From an uncultured Vampirovibrio sp. (GTDB lineage Bacteria > Cyanobacteriota > Vampirovibrionia > Gastranaerophilales > Gastranaerophilaceae): DNA of 64,000 bases. Location of the stretch: contig CAJTLW010000006.1 in NCBI GenBank assembly GCA_910577515.1, positions 46,799 to 110,798 on the forward strand, read 5' to 3'. The notes under the pieces are model-generated. The model was not told where the DNA came from, made no database searches, and saw nothing but the letters and a program-made list of their open reading frames with translations. Below, piece by piece: positions 10,090 to 18,765 of this stretch. Every line of letters starts with the position of its first letter. Within the stretch, counting starts at the first letter, position 1. The translations under genes were made by a program, and so were the position numbers.

Positions 10090-11049
10090 TTATACCTTTA
10101 TCATTTTTTTAATTTTTGAAAGCAGAGGATGCTTTTGCTGCCTTGATTTTGGAATATAAATATTTTTCATCTCTTTATTTAAAATATCATACTCTTTTAT
10201 TTTACTTATGATATTAAAAAAGAAATTATATTTATTTAATGCCAAATCCTTTGCAAGATTTAATTTATCAATGTTTTTTTCATAAAAATTATTTTGCACG
10301 GCTTCTTTTATAATATATTGTGCTTCATCAACATTTAAATTTTCAAGCTTAATTAACGAGCCTTCAGGAAAATATTCAAAAATATTCGTAGCACCAAAAT
10401 AAATTGGCATACAGTTACATAAAAACGCATCGGTTATTTTTTCTGTAAAATAATGGGGTTCAGAGGTATTTTCAATAGCAAGTGTGTATTTTGAAGGAAT
10501 TAAAATTTCATCTTTGGTTTTAATTTCAGATATTCCCCTGCCTTTTATCTCAAACTCAAGCTCTGTATCATTAAATTTATTTTTAAGGGCATATAAAAAT
10601 TCAAGCCTTTCTTTATGGCCCTTAAAGCTTGTTTTGGCGCTTGTTATGGCACAAAGATTATTGGTTTTCTGTGTTTTAAGATTTTTATAATAATCATACC
10701 CCATCGGGCATTGCCAGAAGATAGAACTTTGGGTTTGAACAAGATTTTTTCCACCATAAACAGATTTCTGCCAGCTTCCAAAAACTCTATCAGCATATTT
10801 ATAAGCAGATATCCAGTGAGAAAAGAATTTATAATTAGCAGGTTCCTGATGAAAAATCCACGCCTCTTTTGCCCTCATCTTTAATTCATAAGGCGAAAAA
10901 TTAACAATAACTGCTAAATCCGCTTCATCTGTTTTTTCTGTTGTAAAGGTAACACCGTCAATTGTAACGCTTGCACCGGTTTCAAACCCCGGTACATGCC
11001 TGAATGTATTATCCCATTTTTCAGGGTACACAAGCCTTACAACAAACAT
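10090..11049 (-). CDS. Glycosyltransferase family 10 (alpha-1,3-fucosyltransferase-like)
   Basis: KYTLAIENTSEPHYFTEKITDAFLCNCMPIYFG matches the GT10 FxxxFENSxxxxYxTEK motif block. Confidence 0.7.
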   Translation of the reverse strand: MFVVRLVYPEKWDNTFRHVPGFETGASVTIDGVTFTTEKTDEADLAVIVNFSPYELKMRAKEAWIFHQEPANYKFFSHWISAYKYADRVFGSWQKSVYGGKNLVQTQSSIFWQCPMGYDYYKNLKTQKTNNLCAITSAKTSFKGHKERLEFLYALKNKFNDTELEFEIKGRGISEIKTKDEILIPSKYTLAIENTSEPHYFTEKITDAFLCNCMPIYFGATNIFEYFPEGSLIKLENLNVDEAQYIIKEAVQNNFYEKNIDKLNLAKDLALNKYNFFFNIISKIKEYDILNKEMKNIYIPKSRQQKHPLLSKIKKMIKV

Positions 11050-11059
11050 TTAAAAGCCT

Positions 11060-11608
11060 TTAATATTTTGCCATTGAAACTATTTTAACATCTTTCGGCA
11101 GTTTTTCTCTGCCCTTTAATTCTTCAAGTTCAATAACAAAACCGATACCTGCAAGCTCGCCTACGCTTTGAATTAATTTACTTGCAGCAGCAGCCGTTCC
11201 ACCCGTAGCCAAAAGGTCATCAATCAATAATACTCTTTTTCCTTTTTCAATAGCATCTTTATGAATTTCAATTTTATCTGTACCATATTCAAGTTCATAT
11301 TCCATAGAAATGGTTTCAGCAGGCAATTTCCCGGGTTTTCTAATAGGAATAAATCCGCAGCCTAAAGAATATGCAACAGGCATGCCAAAGATAAATCCTC
11401 TTGATTCAATGCCAGCAACGTAATCTATTTTTGCATCTTTAAATTCATCAGCTATATAATCAATGATTTTTTTCATTGTAGACGGGTCTTTAACAGCAGT
11501 TGTAATATCTCTGAACATTATCCCCTTCTTTGGAAAATCAGGGATATTGCGTATCATTTTTTTAATGTCTTCCATTTCTTTACACTTCACTCCATAAGCT
11601 TTAAACAA
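11060..11608 (-). CDS. apt: Adenine phosphoribosyltransferase
   Basis: [15 protein letters not shown] and the PRPP-binding loop [13 protein letters not shown] are present. The track start at 11608 is TTG, and an ATG at 11575 (MEDIKK...) is an alternative start. Confidence 0.9.
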   Translation of the reverse strand: MFKAYGVKCKEMEDIKKMIRNIPDFPKKGIMFRDITTAVKDPSTMKKIIDYIADEFKDAKIDYVAGIESRGFIFGMPVAYSLGCGFIPIRKPGKLPAETISMEYELEYGTDKIEIHKDAIEKGKRVLLIDDLLATGGTAAAASKLIQSVGELAGIGFVIELEELKGREKLPKDVKIVSMAKY

Positions 11609-11656
11609 ACCTAAATAATCTTAACAAAAACAAATTAAAAAATACAGCTAAAGTTT

Positions 11657-11685
11657 TTGTCAAAATAACGGCAATTTTGTATAAT
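11657..11685 (+). promoter_or_regulatory. Sigma-70-like promoter (TTGTCA-17 nt-TATAAT) upstream of the mini-ORF
   Basis: TTGTCA at 11657-11662 and TATAAT at 11680-11685, with a 17-nt spacer. Confidence 0.45.
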
Positions 11686-11758
11686 TCATTTAAGGGTAAA
11701 CACCAAACCCTCCTTCAGCACACAATAGTGAAGAATTGACTGGAAAGGAGGTGAAATA

Positions 11759-11833
11759 ATGAACAAGATGGTAATAAAAATCGCCATCACAGCAATGATA
11801 GCGATTTTACAATTCATTTTATTGTTCTTATAG
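11759..11833 (+). CDS. 24-aa hydrophobic peptide (type I toxin-like / small membrane protein)
   Basis: Strong SD AAGGAGG at 11745-11751, 7 nt before the ATG. It encodes MNKMVIKIAITAMIAILQFILLFL. It falls below the ORF-track size cutoff and was translated by hand. Confidence 0.45.
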   Translation: MNKMVIKIAITAMIAILQFILLFL

Positions 11834-11843
11834 GGTGTGAAGT

Positions 11844-11878
11844 GAAGCCTCAATCAAGTTGCATTTGGTTGGGGCTTC
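11844..11878 (+). other. Stable 14-bp hairpin 3' of the mini-ORF (no U tract)
   Basis: GAAGCCTCAATCAA / TTGGTTGGGGCTTC with a 7-nt loop. Its two G.U pairs work only on the + strand RNA. Confidence 0.5.
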
Positions 11879-11957
11879 CCCCTATATTCATATTATAACC
11901 TGTTTAACACAAATTACAAGTATTAAAGTTTTTGTATTTTTATAGTAAAATTTTTTT

Positions 11958-13080
11958 ATGGAACAGGATAAAAAAGATACAAAAGAGCTTTTAAAAGAAG
12001 ACTTAAAAGAAAAAATAAATAAACTTGAGCAAAAAGTTAATGATGCTGTGAGGTATCTTTGACATTGAAAATTTAAAAAAGAAACTGGATTGCATAAATA
12101 AAGAGCTGGAAAGCCCTTCTGTTTGGGATAATCAGGACGAAGCTTCAAAGCTTTTAAAGGAACAAAAAGATTTAAAAAATGAGTTTGAAACAGCTCAAAT
12201 ATGGTTAAGCAAGATTGAAGATTCCAAAATAAGTCTTGAACTTGATGATAATTCACTTATGGAAGAAGGTTTAAAAACACTTTCAGCACTTGAAGATGAG
12301 CTTAATCAATTTGAAATTCAAAAAATGCTTTCGGGCGAATATGATGAAAACAGTGCAATTTTAAGCATAAATGCAGGAGCAGGCGGCGTGGATGCTATGG
12401 ATTGGGCAAATATGCTGCTTAGAATGTATTTAAGATGGGCAGAGCAAAGGGGATACAGCGCATCTTTAATCGATAAATCAGACGGCGATGAAGCGGGAAT
12501 AAAATCGGCAACAATCAAAATTGAAGGCAAATTTGCTTATGGCTATTTAAAGGCGGAAAAAGGGGTTCACAGGCTCGTTCGGATATCTCCATTTAATGCA
12601 AACGGAAAAAGACAGACAAGTTTTGCAAGTGTTGAAGCTATGCCTGTTATTGAAGATTTTGAGAAAAAAATTACAATTCCACCTGATGATATTGAAGTTG
12701 AAACCATGCGCTCAGGTGGCGCCGGCGGGCAAAATGTAAATAAGGTAGAAACTGCTGTGCGTATTTATCATAAACCCACAGGAATTGTTGTAAAATGCCA
12801 GCAGGAACGCTCTCAATTGCAAAATAAAGAAACCGCTCTTTCGATGCTTGCATCCAAACTTTTACTTATGCGGCAGGCTGAGCATGAAAAGAAATTATCC
12901 GATATCAAAGGCGAAAATATGGATATAAATTTCGGAAGCCAGATACGCTCATACGTTTTTCATCCCTATAAACTTGTTAAAGACCACAGAACAGGCGCTG
13001 AAATAGGCAACACGGATTCTGTTATGGATGGAAACATTGATAAATTTATTGATGAATATTTAAAGCAAATTTCTACGTAA
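11958..13080 (+). CDS. prfB: Peptide chain release factor 2 (programmed +1 frameshift at 12060)
   Basis: Frame 0 runs ATG 11958 ... CTT(12057-12059) TGA(12060-12062). Skipping T12060 gives GAC..., in frame with track ORF 12259..13080, which contains the SPF and GGQ motifs ([17 protein letters not shown]). Confidence 0.92.
12051..12063 (+). promoter_or_regulatory. RF2 autoregulatory +1 frameshift site (AGG TAT CTT TGA C)
   Basis: SD-like AGG lies 3 nt before the slippery CTT, followed by an in-frame TGA and then C. This is the same layout as the classical prfB site. Confidence 0.9.
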
Positions 13081-13141
13081 AAAATATGCTTTCTATCTTT
13101 ATAGTAAAATAAGACTGAAAAAGAATTTATAGGAATTTAAG

Positions 13142-14365
13142 ATGATTAAAGCACAAAGAGGCACAAAAGATATACTCCCTGAAAACGTTTTAACCTGGCA
13201 GTTTATTGAAAAAACAGCACGGGAATTGTTTCAAAATGCAAATTATAAGGAAATAAGAACCCCGATTTTTGAAGGAACAGAACTTTTTAAAAGAGGGGTG
13301 GGTGATTCAACAGATATTGTAAATAAAGAAATGTATACATTTTCCGTGGGCGGAATAAATAAGGATGAAAATTCCATCACTCTTCGCCCTGAAAATACCG
13401 CAGGCGTTGTAAGGGCATATATTGAACATGGCATGAATAAAGTTGCAGCTCCTGTAAAACTTTGGTATTTTGGCCCCATGTTCAGATACGAAAGACCGCA
13501 AAAAGGCCGCCAAAGGCAATTTCACCAGATAGGGGTTGAAATGTTCGGCATAGATAAACCATCAGCTGATGCCGAGGTTATAGCCCTTGCCTCTAATTTC
13601 TTATCTAAAATGGGTTTATCTGATTTAGTGGCAGAGATTAATTCTTTAGGCTGTACAGATTGCCGTAATAAATACAAAGAAAAAATTAAAAAAACTCTTA
13701 AACCTTATTTAGACAAACTTTGCGACGACTGCAAAGTGCGGTATGAAAAAAACCCTTTAAGAATGCTTGATTGCAAAAATGAAGATTGCATAAAAATATT
13801 TGAAAATGATGAAATTAAACGCGTTATCCTGTCTGATTTTATCTGTGAAGAATGTAAAAATCATTATGAAGAAGTTAAAAAATATTTAAGCCTTCTTGAT
13901 ATTAAATATGAAGAAAATAAAATGCTCGTAAGAGGCTTAGATTATTACAACAGAACAGTTTTTGAAATTAAAAGCAATGCTCTTGGCTCTCAAAATGCAA
14001 TAGCAGGGGGCGGCAGATACGATGGGCTTGTTGATATGCTTGGCGGCGAAAAAACCCCTGCTGTAGGTTTTGCGCTTGGGGTTGAAAGACTTTATGAACT
14101 TATAGAAAAACAACCTGTAGATTTACTGGATTATTTTGTAGTTTCAAACATGCCGGATATTGCAATAAAAACCGTTCAATATTTAAGGAACAAAGGTAAA
14201 AGCGCTGATTTTGATTTTCTAAACAGAAAATTCGGCAAACAAATTGAAAAAGCGGGAAAAACCGCAAAAAATGCCGTGATAATAGGTGAAGATGAAATAA
14301 AAGGCGGATACTACACCGTAAAAAACCTGATAACAGGCGAACAAACAAAGGTAAAAGAGCTTTAA
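13142..14365 (+). CDS. hisS: Histidine--tRNA ligase
   Basis: RGTKDILP, class II motifs (FRYERPQKGRQRQFHQ) and GGGRYDGL are present. Confidence 0.93.
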   Translation: MIKAQRGTKDILPENVLTWQFIEKTARELFQNANYKEIRTPIFEGTELFKRGVGDSTDIVNKEMYTFSVGGINKDENSITLRPENTAGVVRAYIEHGMNKVAAPVKLWYFGPMFRYERPQKGRQRQFHQIGVEMFGIDKPSADAEVIALASNFLSKMGLSDLVAEINSLGCTDCRNKYKEKIKKTLKPYLDKLCDDCKVRYEKNPLRMLDCKNEDCIKIFENDEIKRVILSDFICEECKNHYEEVKKYLSLLDIKYEENKMLVRGLDYYNRTVFEIKSNALGSQNAIAGGGRYDGLVDMLGGEKTPAVGFALGVERLYELIEKQPVDLLDYFVVSNMPDIAIKTVQYLRNKGKSADFDFLNRKFGKQIEKAGKTAKNAVIIGEDEIKGGYYTVKNLITGEQTKVKEL

Positions 14366-14369
14366 AAAA

Positions 14370-14390
14370 CAGCCTCGTAAAACGGGGCTG
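14370..14390. terminator. Hairpin between convergent hisS and 14414..14809
   Basis: CAGCCTCG taaaa CGGGGCTG, flanked by an A run on one side and TTT on the other. Confidence 0.55.
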
Positions 14391-14413
14391 TTTAAATAAT
14401 ATTAATTTTAATG

Positions 14414-14809
14414 CTATTTACCAGCTTTTTTATCGTTATTTAAATATTCCTCAATAGCAGGGAATATTAAGCCTTTAAATAAAGTAATACTTGCTATTGC
14501 AGCTGCAATTGGCCATGCGGCCTTTTTTAATCCTTTTAATGTTTGGTTTACAGCCTCTGAGTTTAATTTTTTAACACCCTTTTTAGCTTCTTTAATAGCT
14601 TCTTTGCCAAGGTTTTGTGCTTTTGCATCTTTTACCGCTTGTTTAGCAGATTTAAATTCATCTTTCATAGCATGTTTAGTTGCTAAAACATCAACACCAG
14701 TACCAATAGCTCCTGCAATTATGGCAGGAACCGCACCACCTATAATGCCGTGTTTTACGAAATAGTTTTTCTTATCTTCTGCAGTATTTAAACCAACTTT
14801 ATTTATCAT
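14414..14809 (-). CDS. Hypothetical small membrane protein
   Basis: Two hydrophobic segments flank a Lys/Ala-rich helix. 131 aa. Confidence 0.5.
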   Translation of the reverse strand: MINKVGLNTAEDKKNYFVKHGIIGGAVPAIIAGAIGTGVDVLATKHAMKDEFKSAKQAVKDAKAQNLGKEAIKEAKKGVKKLNSEAVNQTLKGLKKAAWPIAAAIASITLFKGLIFPAIEEYLNNDKKAGK

Positions 14810-14996
14810 TTATCCCTCCTTAAATCTTCGATATTTTTAAATGTGATATTTAAAGGTTCCTGAAAAAAATAATTTGCCACCTAACTTTAAAAAATTATAC
14901 AAAAGTTTTTAAAAAATTTCTTTTTGTAAAACTTTCCTTAAATAAAAAGTATGTAATAATGTTTTTATCAAAGGAAGTATTAAAAAGGATGAAGTT

Positions 14997-15758
14997 TTGA
15001 AGGATTTATTTTTTACATTTTCTAAAAGTTTTCGCACCGTTGTATACGGTTTATTGTGTCTTTTGTTTTTAAACACGCAAAGCGCTTTTGCCATAATGGA
15101 AGTACCGCAAAATAACGGTTTATCCGATGCAACATTAAGACAATATAGACAATCTACAAAAGATGAAAGATTAATCAGGGCTGCAGAAGCTCTGAAAGGT
15201 ACACTTGGAGATTATTCAAGACGCGCAATTTTAGGAGAAAATTTAACAGGAAAACCAATCAAAGTTGAATTTAAAGACCTTTCTGAGTTTAACCCTGCTT
15301 ATGCTGATTTTGATGCTTTGGGGTGGAAAAACAGAGGACGCCTTAATATTTTCATAAATAAAAAACATCAAAATGCACCAAAAGAAGCTCTTGCAGCAGT
15401 TCTTGCCCATGAAGCAATCCATCAGGATGAACTCAATTCACTAAACGAAGAAACCTACTGCTGGACACTGGAAGCTGCCGTTTGGACCCAATTAACGGAA
15501 GATAATCCCTCCTTAGAAAACATTTCACATGTTCTTGTAGATAGAGAAAACACTATAAAAAGGCTTTTTGTAAAAGGCGGATATACAAAAAAATATATTA
15601 GAAAATCAGTCATTTCAAACGCAGGATATCAAAACCTCCCATCCCGTTCCCCTGGTTTTGAAGATGATAATTCAAACGATTATGTTAACGGAAGACCGCT
15701 TCCAAATTTTAATCAACCGCAAACTCCTCCAAATGCCAATCCACCTCAGGATTTATAA
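14997..15758 (+). CDS. Secreted HExxH (zinc metallopeptidase-like) protein
   Basis: TTG start, signal peptide ending SAFA, and HEAIH in AAVLAHEAIHQDELNSLNEE. It is a paralog of 16374..17390. Confidence 0.55.
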   Translation: MKDLFFTFSKSFRTVVYGLLCLLFLNTQSAFAIMEVPQNNGLSDATLRQYRQSTKDERLIRAAEALKGTLGDYSRRAILGENLTGKPIKVEFKDLSEFNPAYADFDALGWKNRGRLNIFINKKHQNAPKEALAAVLAHEAIHQDELNSLNEETYCWTLEAAVWTQLTEDNPSLENISHVLVDRENTIKRLFVKGGYTKKYIRKSVISNAGYQNLPSRSPGFEDDNSNDYVNGRPLPNFNQPQTPPNANPPQDL

Positions 15759-15766
15759 CAAAAAAA

Positions 15767-15794
15767 GAGCCTTAAGAAATTTAAGGCTCTTTTA
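15767..15794. terminator. Bidirectional intrinsic terminator
   Basis: 10-bp stem AGAGCCTTAA / TTAAGGCTCT with a 5-nt loop. An A run precedes it and a T run follows. It lies between convergent genes. Confidence 0.7.
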
Positions 15795-15798
15795 ATTT

Positions 15799-16251
15799 TT
15801 ATATTGAACAAATCTGTCCTGCAATCGGCCTGCTTTGAATTAATAAAGGAGGAGTTTTAAAGTTTTCCTCTTCAACATTTTCCACCCACACTTTGGTTTC
15901 TGAACTATTTTCAAAATATGCATCTTCAAAGGAAAATTCTTCTTTTACCTCAATTGCATAATTAATATCAACAAGGTTTAATGTTTCATATTTTTCAACA
16001 TGAAATTCTTCCCCGCCGCAAACAGGGCAAAATTTTGATACAGGTATAATTTCGCCATTTTTGCCAAAAACAGCCCTTGCAGCTTCTCTTTTATGGTTAC
16101 AGCATCCGCATCTTAAGACATAGTAATATTTTTTAAGATATTTTCCACAATCAGGGCAATACCCTTCATTTGAATTTAAAAGTGCATTAGAGTGTCTGCA
16201 TTTGCTGCCATTTGATATTATAGAAAAAAGATAAAAAATAAAATTTTTCAT
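15799..16251 (-). CDS. Zinc-ribbon (multi-CxxC) protein
   Basis: CPDCG, CGCCNH and CPVCGG motifs, with a short hydrophobic N terminus. Confidence 0.5.
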   Translation of the reverse strand: MKNFIFYLFSIISNGSKCRHSNALLNSNEGYCPDCGKYLKKYYYVLRCGCCNHKREAARAVFGKNGEIIPVSKFCPVCGGEEFHVEKYETLNLVDINYAIEVKEEFSFEDAYFENSSETKVWVENVEEENFKTPPLLIQSRPIAGQICSI

Positions 16252-16373
16252 ATCCTGTTTTTAATAATGTTTAAAACAAAGTCAAGATAAATACACCATT
16301 TAACCTTATTTAAAGACAATTTAATAGACAATAAAAGAATAATTATTTATAATAAATCGTAGGAGTTTATTTT

Positions 16374-17390
16374 ATGAAAAAGATTGTTTTTAGTTTAATA
16401 TTATGCCTTGGTTTAATAGGTACGCTTTGCCCGTCTTATGCTGCGGATGACATTTTAAAGGAAAATGCAAAAAATAAAAAAGCGGAAGCTAAAGCCTTAA
16501 AAGCACAAACCAGAGCTGCAAACAAGGCAAAAAAAGCCAGAATAAGAGAGTTGAAAAAAACTTATAGAAAAAATACAAAAGAAATAAACATAATTTATGC
16601 ACTTGAACTTATGAAGGATTCACCGGCATCCGGTGCTTATGAAAAAATTATGGGGAATAACCCTACTTTAAACCCTATGAAAATAGAATATAAAAATTTG
16701 GCAGCAATAAAACCTGAATATAGAAACAATAATGCTATGTCAAAAATTAAAAGAAAAGAAATTAAAATTCTTTTAAATTCTAAACATAAAAATGCACCTT
16801 ATGAAGCACAAAGTGCAGCCCTTGCAGGAATGACAGCCCATGTGGATAAAAAGGAATCAGTAAACGAACTTGTTTATTCAAAAACTCTTGAGGCTTTTTT
16901 GTGGAACTATTATTTAAAGAAAAACCCAAATCTTAAACAAAATAAATCATCCCTTGTTGTAAGCGAAAACCGTAACTTAAGGCTTTATAAAAAATACCCG
17001 AGAAACTCAAAAGAAATTGTAACAAACATCAGAAAACAAAGAAACGATATTAAATATGTTTGGGAATCAACAGGCTATACCCATAAAGAATATACAGATA
17101 AAATGGCAAAAATTTATGAAGCATATCTTGCTGTTGAAGAGCTTCCTGGCGTTAATCAATCAGGAGATGTGCCTGTTTTAGATTTGAAAGAAGACACCAC
17201 TGTTGAAACAACCGAACCTCAAAGCGAAGAAGAAAAATACATACAAGAACATATAAGAAGCGATGTTAAAGCAAAACCAATGCCTGAAGAACATTATGAA
17301 CATCAGGTATCAAATACAAACAAAGAACGCTGTGATATTTGCGGATGCCCTATAGAAAATATTGAAAGCAACGAAGAAGAGGCGCAATAA
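16374..17390 (+). CDS. Secreted paralog of 14997..15758 lacking HExxH
   Basis: Signal peptide, then the homologous core MKIEYKNL...NSKHKNAPYEAQSAALAGMTAH, where GMTAH replaces HEAIH. It has Lys-rich N-terminal and acidic C-terminal extensions, and CDICGC near the end. Confidence 0.55.
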   Translation: MKKIVFSLILCLGLIGTLCPSYAADDILKENAKNKKAEAKALKAQTRAANKAKKARIRELKKTYRKNTKEINIIYALELMKDSPASGAYEKIMGNNPTLNPMKIEYKNLAAIKPEYRNNNAMSKIKRKEIKILLNSKHKNAPYEAQSAALAGMTAHVDKKESVNELVYSKTLEAFLWNYYLKKNPNLKQNKSSLVVSENRNLRLYKKYPRNSKEIVTNIRKQRNDIKYVWESTGYTHKEYTDKMAKIYEAYLAVEELPGVNQSGDVPVLDLKEDTTVETTEPQSEEEKYIQEHIRSDVKAKPMPEEHYEHQVSNTNKERCDICGCPIENIESNEEEAQ

Positions 17391-17424
17391 AACCACCCTG
17401 TAATAATTTTTACGGCAAAAAACA

Positions 17425-17862
17425 TTATTTTTCGATGTCTTTTTTAGAAAATGTCAAAAAATCTCCACTTGTATAAGTTTCAGGGGTTTCTTTAGGTTTT
17501 TCACCGTTTGCAATTTTCCAAACAAACCCTAAAAACTTGTCTTTCAAATTGTCGGTGTTTAGAGTTTCATCCCGATTTTCGTCCTTTTTATTGCCTGAAT
17601 CTTTTTTTTCAGTTTCATCTACTGATTTTGTTCCGTAGTAATCATCATCTTCCTCAAATTCAACTTCGGAACGTTCAAATTTATCTTCTCCATTGTCCGA
17701 TAAAATAGATGCATCAAATTCTTCTTCTTTTTTCTTTTTCTTTTTCCCGCGGGATTCCAAATATCCTGTGTTTCCGCCGCCTCCATTGTTCATCATATTC
17801 TGTGCTTCAGTCACCTGCGGCATTTTATTTGGCCCGTTAATGTTAAATGAGGTCATAATCAA
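17425..17862 (-). CDS. Hypothetical charged low-complexity protein
   Basis: 145 aa with a K6 run and D/E-rich stretches. No motif recognised. Confidence 0.4.
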   Translation of the reverse strand: MIMTSFNINGPNKMPQVTEAQNMMNNGGGGNTGYLESRGKKKKKKEEEFDASILSDNGEDKFERSEVEFEEDDDYYGTKSVDETEKKDSGNKKDENRDETLNTDNLKDKFLGFVWKIANGEKPKETPETYTSGDFLTFSKKDIEK

Positions 17863-18031
17863 ACCCTTTTTTGGTTAAAGTAAACCATCCTTAATTATGA
17901 ATTATTTTGTTTTGCATTTTATGCTTTATTTATATGACTTTTATGTATTATTAAAAACAAAAACTACTTAAAAATTGCCAAAACCCGATATTTTATGCTA
18001 AAATCCCTTTTTAGATAAGGAATTTTTATAA

Positions 18032-18763
18032 ATGAAAACAACGATAGTTCTGCCGACATACAATGAAAAAGAAAATATTAAAGATTTTTTGGATGCAGTT
18101 TTAGATGAATTAAACACAATTGAAGATTTTGATATCAATATTCTTGTTGTGGATGATTATTCTCCAGATGGCACCTCTGATATCGTAAAGACCATAATGG
18201 ATAAAGATAAGCGCGTAAATTTGCTTTTAAATAATACAAGAGGCTTAGGGCGCGCATACATCGCAGGGTTTAAATATGCAATAGAAAATTTTAACCCTGA
18301 TATTTTAATTGAGATGGATTCTGATTTTTCCCATGATGTAAAAAAGATAAAAGAGTTATTGGGTGCAATTAAAAACGGTGCAGATTTTGCCATAGGTTCA
18401 AGATATATTAAAGGCGGCTCCATCCCTTCCGATTGGCCGTTAATCAGAAAATTAAACAGCAGATGGGGAAATATCTTTGCACGCAATATTGCGGGACTTT
18501 ATAATATTAAAGACTGTACATCAGGCTTTAGAGCAATAAGAACAAGTATTTTAAAACAAGTTGACCTTGATAAGTTAAACGCAAACGGCTATTCTTTTCA
18601 AATGAATATTTTATTTGAATGCGTACAAAAAGGCGCAAAAACAGCCGAAATTCCTATTGATTTTATAGACAGAACAAAAGGAAAATCAAAACTCGGCCTT
18701 TCTGATGTTATGGAATTTATGATAAATTCTATAAAATTAAGATTAAAATTACTTTGCAAATAA
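18032..18763 (+). CDS. Polyprenol-phosphate mannosyltransferase-like GT2
   Basis: IVLPTYNEKENI, VVDDYSPDGT and EMDSDFSHD form the Dpm1-type GT-A blocks. Confidence 0.8.
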   Translation: MKTTIVLPTYNEKENIKDFLDAVLDELNTIEDFDINILVVDDYSPDGTSDIVKTIMDKDKRVNLLLNNTRGLGRAYIAGFKYAIENFNPDILIEMDSDFSHDVKKIKELLGAIKNGADFAIGSRYIKGGSIPSDWPLIRKLNSRWGNIFARNIAGLYNIKDCTSGFRAIRTSILKQVDLDKLNANGYSFQMNILFECVQKGAKTAEIPIDFIDRTKGKSKLGLSDVMEFMINSIKLRLKLLCK

Positions 18764-18765
18764 TA

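Noticed and set aside
11888-12256. 122-aa ORF on the - strand between apt and prfB
   Set aside because: The region is explained by the N-terminal 5' segment of prfB on the + strand, read through the +1 frameshift.
17425-17862. FlgM-like anti-sigma-28 assignment for the charged 145-aa protein
   Set aside because: There is only a vague resemblance (small, disordered, flagellar genes elsewhere in the window). No conserved C-terminal sigma-binding helix pattern was recognised.
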